DNA of 57,915 nt from positions 1-57,915 of the IMG/VR virus record IMGVR_UViG_3300023296_000219. The stretch is one strand, 5' to 3'. Positions within the stretch are counted from its first letter, which is position 1; every line of letters begins with the position of its first letter. This document shows positions 1-10,500 of the stretch, piece after piece. Both the position numbers and the translations under genes were made by a program. The notes below the pieces were generated by a model. The model ran no database searches. It had not been told where the DNA came from and worked only from the letters and a program-made list of their open reading frames with translations. The DNA comes from a virus (lineage: Duplodnaviria; Caudoviricetes).

Positions 1-45
1 GACCTTGGTCGTATTCTGTGCTATAATAACAAATCCCCTATCCAT
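1..45 (-). CDS. 5' part of a second glycosyltransferase-like protein (runs off the window)
   Basis: ATG at 45 overlaps the end of the 38..895 ORF. It reads MDRGFVIIAQNTTKV, resembling the N-terminus (GAVLFAFN) of the neighbouring ORF. Confidence 0.55.
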   Translation of the reverse strand, partial: MDRGFVIIAQNTTKV

Positions 46-895
46 TCATAATCCCCACAAACAAGTCTTTGTTCATGACATGAAAGTCCATGTCATTGAT
101 TGTCATCCATTCTTTTCTAACTTTGCTGTTCTTCCAGTTATCGAACAACACCGTAAATTCTGCATTATAAGCAATTACTTCCTGGTCGAGTATCTTGCAG
201 TCAGGATAGCCTGGGTAAATACTTGTGTTCTTTCCTACATGTACAAGATTCCATGGTATGTAATCACTCGCTACTTCTGAATGTCCATTCACGATCTTAA
301 CTGCTAGAGTTAATGCATAGTCGTTGCGATATACGCCACCGACAAAACTGTGTATGTTTGCATAGTGATCGTAGTTATTTTGTACCATCTCCAATGCTTC
401 AAATATTTGTTTAGCACGGTGTGATTTCTTAAACATCATCACAGTTGCCCATAATGTGTTATAACTATACGAACTTAATGTTTCTTGTGCGGCGCCGCTG
501 TACATTAAAAATTCTGTGCTGTTGTGACAACAAAACGAATCAGACATATCGAATGTCTTTAAGAGTCTGTCTGAATTGATTACATAATCAACATCAAGTA
601 CAAGCGTTTCCTCATAGGGACTACTTTCATATGCTTGGTATCTACCTTTGTTGATCCATACTTGATTATCTTTGATGTTATCTTTATCTGGTGTAACACA
701 AATAGTCTTGTCAAAGACAGATGCGTCTATTGTGTTTAATGATTCTTCGTCGGTAATCAAAGTCGTTGGTAATGATAAAAAGAAATTGATTCTTTTTGCC
801 GCATAGACGGCCATTTCAGCATAATTATATTTGCTAGAATTAAATGCAAATAAGACTGCACCTTGGCTTACCGTTTGTTTTCTAATTGTTTCCAT
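38..895 (-). CDS. GT-A fold (nucleotide-diphospho-sugar transferase-like) protein
   Basis: 285-aa ORF with an N-terminal hydrophobic beta strand and a K-x-x-x-Y..SPY..TLVLDVDY segment carrying a DxD motif, plus a later ND and H motif. The exact start is uncertain. Confidence 0.65.
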   Translation of the reverse strand: METIRKQTVSQGAVLFAFNSSKYNYAEMAVYAAKRINFFLSLPTTLITDEESLNTIDASVFDKTICVTPDKDNIKDNQVWINKGRYQAYESSPYEETLVLDVDYVINSDRLLKTFDMSDSFCCHNSTEFLMYSGAAQETLSSYSYNTLWATVMMFKKSHRAKQIFEALEMVQNNYDHYANIHSFVGGVYRNDYALTLAVKIVNGHSEVASDYIPWNLVHVGKNTSIYPGYPDCKILDQEVIAYNAEFTVLFDNWKNSKVRKEWMTINDMDFHVMNKDLFVGIMNG

Positions 896-1179
896 TCAGC
901 ATTCCATTCAGTCATAACATTATTATATAAGGTCGTTAAAGATTCTAAGAGAGAAGCAATTTCTACTTCCACTGGATTATCAAAAGTGTCAATTAGAACT
1001 GTCGTGTCCTGAAAGTGATTAAAGGCATGCAATAAGGCAATGGTGTGAGCATCTGCTTTCCACAATCCACCTTGTTCGGCAATGATGAGTTTGCTGTTAT
1101 ATTTTTCTTTTAAGTAAGCCTTAGCAGAGTTGTGACTAAACCGTGCTTTGGCATCCTTGATTAATGTTTTTGTATCCAT
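868..1179 (-). CDS. hypothetical phage protein
   Basis: 103-aa ORF with a GGGAG SD and an upstream TAAATA; overlaps the downstream gene. Confidence 0.75.
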   Translation of the reverse strand: MDTKTLIKDAKARFSHNSAKAYLKEKYNSKLIIAEQGGLWKADAHTIALLHAFNHFQDTTVLIDTFDNPVEVEIASLLESLTTLYNNVMTEWNAEWKQLENKR

Positions 1180-1201
1180 ATATAATCTATACTCCCACGA
1201 G

Positions 1202-1207
1202 TATTTA
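1202..1207 (-). promoter_or_regulatory. T4-type late promoter (CTAAATA)
   Basis: TAAATA core upstream of the 103-aa/glycosyltransferase operon; a gp55-like sigma is encoded in this window. Confidence 0.6.
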
Positions 1208-1254
1208 GACGATTATATAGGGGTAAAAATAAAAGATTGACTGGGTGTTCTTAA

Positions 1255-1494
1255 TTACCAGTCTTTTTTGCCGCCGGATAGTTCATTTCTTTTGTAACCG
1301 GCAAGATATGCCTTAATTTCAGCTTCTTTCATTTGAGGTGGTACAATTCTTGGGTCATTCCCAGTACCATTTGGATAGTAATGAGGTTGTTCACCTCTGT
1401 CATACCATGAATCTGCTCCTCCTCTGTCGAATGGAGAACCATGCCAATTTGGATAATGTATGCCTTCGAATTCTTCTGTCTCTTGTACTGCCAT
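1255..1494 (-). CDS. small hypothetical phage protein (HGSPFDRGGADSWY motif)
   Basis: 79-aa ORF with a strong AAGGAG SD immediately after the previous stop. Confidence 0.75.
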   Translation of the reverse strand: MAVQETEEFEGIHYPNWHGSPFDRGGADSWYDRGEQPHYYPNGTGNDPRIVPPQMKEAEIKAYLAGYKRNELSGGKKDW

Positions 1495-1505
1495 TTTCGT
1501 TCTCC

Positions 1506-2459
1506 TTAAGTACCTGTCACTGAACTAGCTAACGTTGGTGTGCCCCATGACGCAGACAAGTTGGATGTTTCTGGTTTTTGCAAAGTCAATGTTACCGCAC
1601 TGCCACTACTTGCTACTAAATCATTAGGAATTTCGTCCCATACTGAGTAGATAGTGATCACTGAACCAGCATCTCCATTAGATCCTTGAGTACCGTTTGA
1701 CTTGGCAATATATCTAATGAATGAACTTAAGTAGGAAGCAGGTCCAGTTGATGCAAGTTGGGTAAACACAGTAGCGTTCCCAGTTGCCATTCCAAAATAT
1801 CCTTCATCTGCGGCTACTGTTGGTGCGTTTCCGCCGCCACCGACTTTAGTAATGCCGTTGTACGCAGTACCAGCAATAGTGACTGTACCTGAATTAGGGG
1901 CTGACTGTACCACTGTCCCAGTATTTGATGCTAGGTCAGAGAATAATAAATTAATACCAGAACCACCTGGATGTGAAGCAGTCATTTTGATCTGTCCACC
2001 TGCATTAAAGAAATACCTTGCCGCGTCACCAGATGCGAATGTAACTGTATGAGTAAACGTCAAACTATTCTGCCATGAGGTACCACGTGTTGCAGTAGAT
2101 GTGCTAGTGCTTCCAACAGATGCCGCGTCGCGTCTATTGGAATAGATAGTTGCTAAGTTAGTTGGTATAGCACTTAAGTATGTAACAGTTCCACCTGCAG
2201 TGGGTGCTGTTACCGAAGTGATAGATGATCCACTATGAGCGGCCGCTGATGCTGTGCTAGTCACTAGTGAATTCCATTGTCCAGTTGCTACAACCGTGCT
2301 ACCAACTGAAGTTTGTGATACAGCAGTTTGTCCATAACCAGCAGTTGTGCCGCCAATTGCCCAAACAGTGTTTAATGTGTTCGACGTAGTTGTAGGATTA
2401 CCACCTACGAGAGTGTTAAAATCTGTTGCGGAGATTAGTCCAAATTGTGCGTAACTCAT
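1506..2459 (-). CDS. virion structural protein, Ser/Thr/Gly-rich
   Basis: 317 aa with beta-rich composition and an FxSxDAARYFFNAGGQI motif; lies in the tail/baseplate operon with an AGGA SD. Confidence 0.7.
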   Translation of the reverse strand: MSYAQFGLISATDFNTLVGGNPTTTSNTLNTVWAIGGTTAGYGQTAVSQTSVGSTVVATGQWNSLVTSTASAAAHSGSSITSVTAPTAGGTVTYLSAIPTNLATIYSNRRDAASVGSTSTSTATRGTSWQNSLTFTHTVTFASGDAARYFFNAGGQIKMTASHPGGSGINLLFSDLASNTGTVVQSAPNSGTVTIAGTAYNGITKVGGGGNAPTVAADEGYFGMATGNATVFTQLASTGPASYLSSFIRYIAKSNGTQGSNGDAGSVITIYSVWDEIPNDLVASSGSAVTLTLQKPETSNLSASWGTPTLASSVTGT

Positions 2460-2473
2460 GTCTTAAATTCCTG

Positions 2474-3691
2474 TTATTTAATTGTAACAATGGCTTCTAC
2501 GTCACCAATGCTTTCTGTTGTTTTGTCTGCTAAAGAGCGACCAATAACATTAAATGCTGTTGCTTCTCCTTCAGATGCGGCCCTTGCATAACCCGCCCCT
2601 GCACTGACTAATCGTTGTCCTTTTCTTATTACGCCGATAGCCTTAACACGTACCCGACCGGTCATCGCAACGGCTGGGTGAGTATTGTTATCGCCTGCTC
2701 CGTTGTTCATCAAGAACGCCATGTTATCAGAAATAACTCCAAATACATCGTCACTTAATTCATATTTTACCGCAGTAATTTCATACTCACCGCCTAATTC
2801 AACAACTGTTCCAGGAGTATAGACATCATCTGCTGAGAATCGTTCCGCCAAATCCGCATATGTTGCAGTGAGTCGTGATCCAGATGACAATGACCAATTA
2901 CCGGTCAATGTTCCTGCTGTTGTGTTAGCACCTGTTGTTACCGTAGTTGCTTGCGTTTGTACTGTTAATATGTTACCATTGTATGTTGGTAGATATGCCG
3001 CTACGTTAGAGTTGGCGTAAGTACCTGCGAACGAGATTGGATCTCCGTTTGCATACATGTATTTGTCTGTTCTGATACCATATAAGTTACCAGAGTTGTT
3101 AATATAAACACCACCTGTATTGAGTAGCAATGCTGAAGCGTTTGTGCCAGTATTTCCTGACATTGTCCATACGCCTGTCATTGTACCAGGTGTTGTTACG
3201 CTACCTGTTGTTAACGCAGTAGTAGTTAATGTGCCGATGGTGCTTTGTGTAATGTTTGCTGTCGCAATATTTGCATTAGCAGTTACAGTTAAGTATCCTG
3301 ATGTGAATGCATTGGCAACTACTTCATTAGTTGCTGTAAAATTGTTTGCTGATGCGTTTCCAGTAATAGTGACTGCACCGAATGTAGTGTTTCCACCAGA
3401 ACTGGTTGAAGTCAATGATAACCATGCTAATGCATTCGATTCACCGTCTGTCGGGCATACTTTTAGAGTAGATGCACCAGTATCATACCATATTTGACCT
3501 CTGAGAGGGTTTGTTGGTGGTGTACTAAATGCAAAATTTTCAATTACATGTACAAAGTTTGTATCTAATGATTGACCGTAGCCAGCATAGTTTCGACCCG
3601 GCAGGCCTAGCGAGGTACTTGTTGTGTTAATCGTACCGTCAGCAATGGTCGTTAGGACTGTTCCATCACTTTTTACAATTGTATATGCCAT
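2474..3691 (-). CDS. tail fibre/baseplate-attached protein with C-terminal intramolecular-chaperone (peptidase G2/IMC-like) domain
   Basis: N-terminal LxLxGRNYxGYG...NF..ENF...P.P..GQ.WYD anchor motif; C-terminal YADLAE...PGTVV...GVIS...VAMTGRV signature. Confidence 0.7.
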   Translation of the reverse strand: MAYTIVKSDGTVLTTIADGTINTTSTSLGLPGRNYAGYGQSLDTNFVHVIENFAFSTPPTNPLRGQIWYDTGASTLKVCPTDGESNALAWLSLTSTSSGGNTTFGAVTITGNASANNFTATNEVVANAFTSGYLTVTANANIATANITQSTIGTLTTTALTTGSVTTPGTMTGVWTMSGNTGTNASALLLNTGGVYINNSGNLYGIRTDKYMYANGDPISFAGTYANSNVAAYLPTYNGNILTVQTQATTVTTGANTTAGTLTGNWSLSSGSRLTATYADLAERFSADDVYTPGTVVELGGEYEITAVKYELSDDVFGVISDNMAFLMNNGAGDNNTHPAVAMTGRVRVKAIGVIRKGQRLVSAGAGYARAASEGEATAFNVIGRSLADKTTESIGDVEAIVTIK

Positions 3692-3714
3692 TTTCTAATT
3701 ATCTCCGTTATTAT

Positions 3715-3720
3715 TATTTA
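3715..3720 (-). promoter_or_regulatory. late promoter (GATAAATA)
   Basis: TAAATA upstream of the GGAG SD and the ATG at 3691. Confidence 0.6.
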
Positions 3721-3722
3721 TC

Positions 3723-4343
3723 TTAAATGGTAACTAAGTTAGTTAGAGCCTGTATTCTAACTGTATAATCTATTTGTATTTGTCTGTTCAAAGCTTTTTG
3801 TACTGGATGAAAAATAACATGGGTGAGCAATCTTGTAATCACGTTGCCATTTGCATCAGTACCATAGTTTGCCAGTAGACCCAACTCATCGAATATGTAG
3901 CTAGAATCTGTTTGAGTACTGTTATCAAATGCCGCCTGGCCGGCAGGCTCGCCGTAATCTAAAAGACATTGTACCAATATATCTGTGTACACTCTACCAG
4001 TCGTGTGAAAAACAGTCATTTTATTTCTTGTTGGGTCCAAGTTGAAAACACTAGTGTCATCAACGATTTTTGCGTATGTTTGATTATATAAGGCCGCGTT
4101 TTGACCTGTAGAGTTGGGTGGTAGATAGGTAATTACACCAGTTTCATCAACAGATGCTCCACCGTTACCGAAAGCCATTTGATATATCTCACCGTAACCT
4201 CTACTAGATAATGTATCAGCTATTGCTTCAGACATATTCTCATAGTTAATAGCATTATGTGTTTCTTGCAATACTTCGCCGGTGTTATAGTCTCTGATAG
4301 TCAGAAATCCTTCCATTTTTAATATTGTTTGGTCAGCCGACAT
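3723..4343 (-). CDS. virion/baseplate structural protein
   Basis: 206 aa with MAFGNGG and FDELGL...LLTHVIFHPVQK motifs; structural operon context. Confidence 0.7.
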   Translation of the reverse strand: MSADQTILKMEGFLTIRDYNTGEVLQETHNAINYENMSEAIADTLSSRGYGEIYQMAFGNGGASVDETGVITYLPPNSTGQNAALYNQTYAKIVDDTSVFNLDPTRNKMTVFHTTGRVYTDILVQCLLDYGEPAGQAAFDNSTQTDSSYIFDELGLLANYGTDANGNVITRLLTHVIFHPVQKALNRQIQIDYTVRIQALTNLVTI

Positions 4344-4492
4344 TAACTATCTCCTCTTACTTGCACTAATACTTCTTTGGTATTAGGATCAGTAATTTTA
4401 ATGCTGGACGAAAAATAAAAGCCACCTATTTCGTTAGGTTTACTGTTGTCTTCCGTAGGTTTCTTGTTGGTTTCTGATTTATTATCATTCAT
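4343..4492 (-). CDS. 49-aa small protein not in the ORF track (MNDNKSETNK...IKITDPNTKEVLVQVRGDS)
   Basis: Open frame fills the gap, preceded by TAAATA-N5-ATG; its TAA overlaps the next ATG (TAATG coupling). Confidence 0.7.
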   Translation of the reverse strand: MNDNKSETNKKPTEDNSKPNEIGGFYFSSSIKITDPNTKEVLVQVRGDS

Positions 4493-4507
4493 CTCTTTAT
4501 TTATCAT

Positions 4508-7500
4508 TTAAGTAATGTCAGTCTGTAGAAATTGTGCAGATACCGTATTGCTGATCTGCAATGGATCTCCTTGAATAGTATTAAATTCATAGGAGTTCCA
4601 TGTCTGATTATAATATACACTAGATAGCTTGTTTGCTGACAATAAACTAAACACCTCTGTGTATTTTGGTATTACCGTTTGCATTGCTGTTCCATTTGCA
4701 CCTCTTTGTAAGCCACCGACAGAGTTGTTATCAAAATCTACACTAGCAAAGTTAATTTGCTCTCCATTGATGTACATTGTGGCACCTTCTATCGATGTAA
4801 TAGTCAACGAATCATTTACAGAGATATACGCTCCATCCGTGATCTTAAGGATCGGAGCTAAATTCTCGATTTCAACGCTGTACGTAGAAGAACTCAGGGT
4901 TACTCCAGTAGTAGTATTTAGAACAACAACGCTACTCAAAATAGTTTTCTCGGACGTTAAACCGATAGAGTAAATGCTATCAACCGGTGTTGGAGCTAAT
5001 ACATTTTGTATTATGCTGTTTGTTACTCTGGTCACATCTCCTACGAAGACATTTTGTGCTAGTACCTCAATCGACGCTGATAACCAAGTGCGTGTTTGTA
5101 CATTCGCTCTGTAAATTGATGCTTCCTGTGATGCGTTTACCAAGTTTAAGTAGATTTCTTCATTTGGAGTTGAATATGGAATCATGTTTGTCATGATAAC
5201 AACATCTCCAGGTGCAATATCAGTTAACAGACTCACTTCGTTGTCTGAACTAATTTTTAGTTTATTATTTGGCAAACGATAACCATTTACAGTGACCCAA
5301 AGCCTATCAACATTTGTTTGTTCCCACTGCGTCACATTCATTGTGCCAGTTTCATTTGTCAATGTTATTGTGGTCGTTGCTGATCTGGTCGCTCCAACAG
5401 AAAAGTCCACGCCGTTAACATCAATTGATTTTACATAATACGTTGTGCCCTGAATTAATCCACCTAAAACAGTCGCTCCTGCTTGCTGTCCTTGCTGAGT
5501 GAAGATCACCGGAGTATTCACTACCAAGTCCGCAGTTGAAGCAACTGTAATCAAATCATTAGTAACAGATGTTTCACTTGCTACAGTGGTAGTTAAGAAG
5601 AATGTCCCTTGTCTCCAAACATAGCCACCGCTTACGTATGTACTAATGCCAGTAACTGGGTAATTTACAGCATCGAGTCCAGGATTGTAAACTTGTGTGT
5701 AGATATCAAATCTAGTTGCATCTATTATTTTAACATAATAACTGTTGCCGTTCAGTCCCACAGATCCCAATGTACCATCAATTGTGCATAAGATGTCGTT
5801 TGCTAATGCATGTGGTATGCCTGTTGTAATTCGTGTTGTTGGAGATCCACCAACTTCTACTAGCATATTGCCCGAGCCGGGTGCTAATACAACTTGTGTG
5901 CCACCTGAGTCTTTAATAGTCGCAGTGGTTCCATCTAAGCTCACTGTATCAACAAAGTATATTGTACCTTGTTCCAAGTTACCAAAGTTAGTTCCTGTGA
6001 AGAAGATAGTCTGATCCACAACAAAGCCTACCGTACTAGTGAATGTTATGACGTTAGTAGTTACCGCTGTAGCAGTAGCATTTGTATTAGCTAATGGCGC
6101 GCTGACAGCAGTGTCTATATTGCTAATGTTAGCGACTGTGATAGCGTTTGAAGTACCGACCATTGATCCCGAATCAGTAGTCACAGTGACTTGGATTCCA
6201 CCAATTGACAGCGATACAGTAAATGTAGTTGCATCAATAATTTCTAATATGTAATACGTGATGCCTGCGGTAATTCCGCCAATGGTTGGATTACTAAACA
6301 CAATCGGCTCATCTACTGTTAATACGGAAGTGTCTGTACATGTTAAGGTGTCAAGTAATTCATCGTATGTAACAGTTATAGTAGCTGTACCTGTTCCTGT
6401 TCCAATACCTATACCAGTTGCGACAAAGACTGTCCCTGGATTACTATCTGCGGCACCAATGAGTGTAAAGTCAGTTGTACCTGTACTTACAATTATATAA
6501 GTAACACCTATATTAAAATCTCCAGCTACTGTAGTAGACGTTGCCGTACCTGTACCAGCGCCAATGCCAGTTGCCTCAAAGACTGTCCCTGGTGTGCTAT
6601 TTGCGGCTCCAATTAATGTGAAGTCTGTTGTACCTGTACTTACAATTGTATAAGTTACGCCTGCAACAAAGTTTCCTGCAGTTGAGGATAGGTCACCTTG
6701 ATTGTATGCTTGCAAAGTGGCTCTTGCCGTGCCTGTACCTGTACCTGCGCCAGTTGCCTCAAAGACTGTCCCTGGTGTGCTATTTGCGGCTCCAATTAAT
6801 GTGAAGTCTGTTGTACCTGTACTTACAATTGTATACTCAGTGCCTATATTAAAATCTCCAGCGAGTGTGGCCACACCTTGATCAAATGTACCTTCTGTGT
6901 GCGTGGTAGCAGTAACAGTTATTGTTGTGAATGCACTGCCTGCGATGCCCGAGATGCCATACTGAGATGTTAGATACTGTCTCATAGTATCATTGTAGGT
7001 TAGTACCGAAATACTTGCTCCAATAGCTGGAGGGGAGTTAAACAATATTGTGTTTAGGCCCGAGCTGATCGTGTACTGGGATCTAGTTTGTCTTAAGCCA
7101 GCAACTTCAACAATTGCATTCGTAATGTTGTTATCTCCAACATAGTTAGTTAACGCAAATGATGCACTTGAACCATTACCTGTAAATTCTTGTATTTCAG
7201 GAACTGAGTATCCGTATTGTGTTGCCGTAGCTGACTCACCGAACAATGAATACACGATGTAGTCGGTCTCGTTTGTATACGAATTAGGAGGACCGAAGAC
7301 AAGTTTTGCTTGTATACCATTTGGTTGTTGTGCTATAGCATAATCATTTGATACGTAAGCTGATACACCTGATGCGTCTATAAGTGTTGCTTCAGGGCCG
7401 CCTATAGTTTCAGAAATTGTAAATTCATCACCGTCAATGATAGCTTTAACATAATATTCTGTGTTCGGTGTAACATCTCCAAACATTGTCGCGGCAAAGT

Positions 7501-10500
7501 AGATTCTGCTACCTACAACCAAGCCAACAGTTGTACCTGTCGTGATTGCATTGTTACTTGCCTTAGTTCTACTGACTGAGTTAGTTCTACCAAGTACAAG
7601 TTTGTTACCGTTATGATAAACGATTGGATCAGTCCAGACAGTACCAGTACCAGTGTCAATATTAACTATCATTGAACCTGTTGCATCGACTAATATAAAT
7701 GTTGGACCAGCCTGTCCACTAACGATTGATTCTGATATAGTAATAGAACTGGTCGCAGTTGAAATTGATTTAACATAATAAGTGGTATCACCAACAATAT
7801 TTCCAAATACAACTCCTTGGAATGATATATCATCATTTATCGTGAAGTCAGTAACACTATCACACACTATTATATCACCGTCTGCTACGGTCTGTGTCGC
7901 TAGTGTTTCGATTGCATGTGAGCCTGTTCTTATAAGACCTGAACCTTGAAAGAAAGTTGAACTGTAATTACAGTTTACATAGATGTCATCAAATCCAGTT
8001 TCATCAACTGTTCTGATAGCGTCAGTGTCAGTTGATCCCTTGACCAGTTGATTACCATTGCCTACTTCATAAACATCAATACGCAAGGTTTGCATCGGCA
8101 AGAATGTCAGCGCAGTGTCTAGTGTTATTACTTTAGTCAACCAGTTAATAGTGTAATTGCTTTTTGCCAGGGTTGTTCCTAGTCCAGTAGTAGCATCGAT
8201 TATTTGCAGACTAAGATTTATTGGATATTGAACCATTTGATCGAAACTATAATCAACTTGGAATTCAGTTGTTGGTCCCATTATATTAGATACTACATTG
8301 TATCCTACGTGAGAGTATTCTGTAACGTCCCAAACTGTTCCAGGACGTGAAGCAACTGTCATTGTGAGATTATCTTTGATTAATCCAGGAACTAATTCTT
8401 CTGGACCGTAGCCGTATGAGAAATCTGCGCCCTTGACATCATAGATAGGTTCTGCTACAGTAAAGACACTGGTTGATATCCAGGTTACACCAGCATCAGT
8501 TGATTGTATGATTGTGTTATCATCACCAACTACAATAAATGCGTCAGTATCTGAATTATAGTTAATTCCGTTTAAGTCACTAGTTGTACCTGATGTTTGA
8601 GTTGTCCAAATCAATCCATCAGCCGATGTTTGTATTCGGCCGTTGTCTCCAACTGTCATCCAAATGCTATCAGCATAGATAACATCTCTTAATGTTTGAG
8701 CAGTAGAATCATACAGAGACATTCTGCACTGTAAAGGTATCACATCATCTATCAATGTGATTTGAGTTGACAATCCTACATTTGAGTATATCTCAACTTG
8801 AGTACTGCTTATTACTTTTACATAATACACTACGCCAGCAGTCAAAGAACTGAATGAATCCGAAAATACTATTTGGTCACTGTTCAGAAAACCTGCTGTG
8901 CTTGTAGAGTTGATTTGATCTGTCACTGAGTTAACAGAGACAACGCTAACCTCATTGACGCCTGTCCAAGATCCACCGTTGTTGGTTTGATAGACTACGT
9001 TATTTTCACCAACGACTAAGGCAATCGTTCCATCACTATCAACAGCGTTGAATCCGTTTGGAGTTAATGATGGGCCATCCTGCCAGAATTCACCAGTTGC
9101 TTCGTAACTGTAAACAATAATATTTGTGTCTATAAGTTCAGTCAGGCCGGTTGAATAATCCTTTTTCTTTCCCTTACCTACTGCAATGAATCCAGCAAAG
9201 CCACTCGTGTCAACTGATTGTACTCCGTATAGAGTAACTGCTAATTCAGTGTCATATGTTTTGCGTGAAAGCCAAGCATAACTATCATCGCTTTGTACGA
9301 TTTCATCACCAACTGCAACAAAATAATTATTTCTATATGCTACACTGTTTAATTGTACAGCGGGTATAGTTAATGCTGATGAGTTAGTTGTCCATATTAT
9401 GCCGTCACTGCTTCTATATATTGGTGTCGCTGTGTTTGTAGAAGACATGACATAAATGCCGGCGCCCAGTACAATATCAGTTATACCAACAACAGAACTG
9501 GCGATTTGTTTAATTGTCCAATTAGTACCTGCACCTGATGTTAGCAGTCCTGAGTAAGTGCTTAAATTAGACGATGCGAGATAATTCGTGCCGTCCCAAA
9601 GTACAGATGTAATTGAAACACCTGTTGGATAGAAGTCTTGGCCTTTTAATTCTGTATCTATGCTGTATTGATCTTCAGGTGCAAATGCATTACCTAAGTA
9701 AACCGCATTTGGATACGTCACGCCACTAAACAATTGAGTAAGGTCAAGGCCAGGCATGTTAACAGTCGGTCGATAATATCCTTCTACTCTATCCAGTGCA
9801 TTTAGGACACGATCATCTGATCGCAGTTCTTCCCATTTACCAATAACGAATTCGGTGTCATTGTTTGAGATAGTGCATCTGTAAACTCTGTTTAGGTATT
9901 TTACAATTGACTGATTGAAGTAGAAAGGTTCTGGTAAGAACGCATAGCTACCTGCTTTGGCAATAGTTAACCCAGTCACTGGTGTCACTGATGAGACTGC
10001 GACATTAATAACACTTCCACCTGGGTCTAATGATATTTGAATAGTATCATCAGCCGTATCTATTGTTTTAATATAATATGAAGTCGATGTAGTCGAGGCA
10101 AAGTATGGGTTACCACCACCGTCCACTGGGATAGTTCCCATGAATACTATTTCATCATTGACTGTAAATCCAGAAATGTCTGTCAGTTCTATCTTGTTTG
10201 ATGGTTCAAATGTTTCTACTACATCTGTGGATGTAAATCCTACAAAGTCAAATCCAATACCACTAACTGGAACAGTCATTCTTGCATCTGAGTAAACTTC
10301 AAGTTGGTTCGCAGTAGTGATCTTTAAGAAATACTTAGTAACTTTGTCTGCTGGGTCTCCGGCAACAATTAGACTTGTAATTGCACCAGTTGAACTAACA
10401 GTGTTGACTTCTAAAGTAGCATCATTCGCAGGAGTTGTTCCGCCTATTTCTGCACCTGATATTGTGATCTTGTTAGTAATTGCATAGCCTACGCCAGCAT

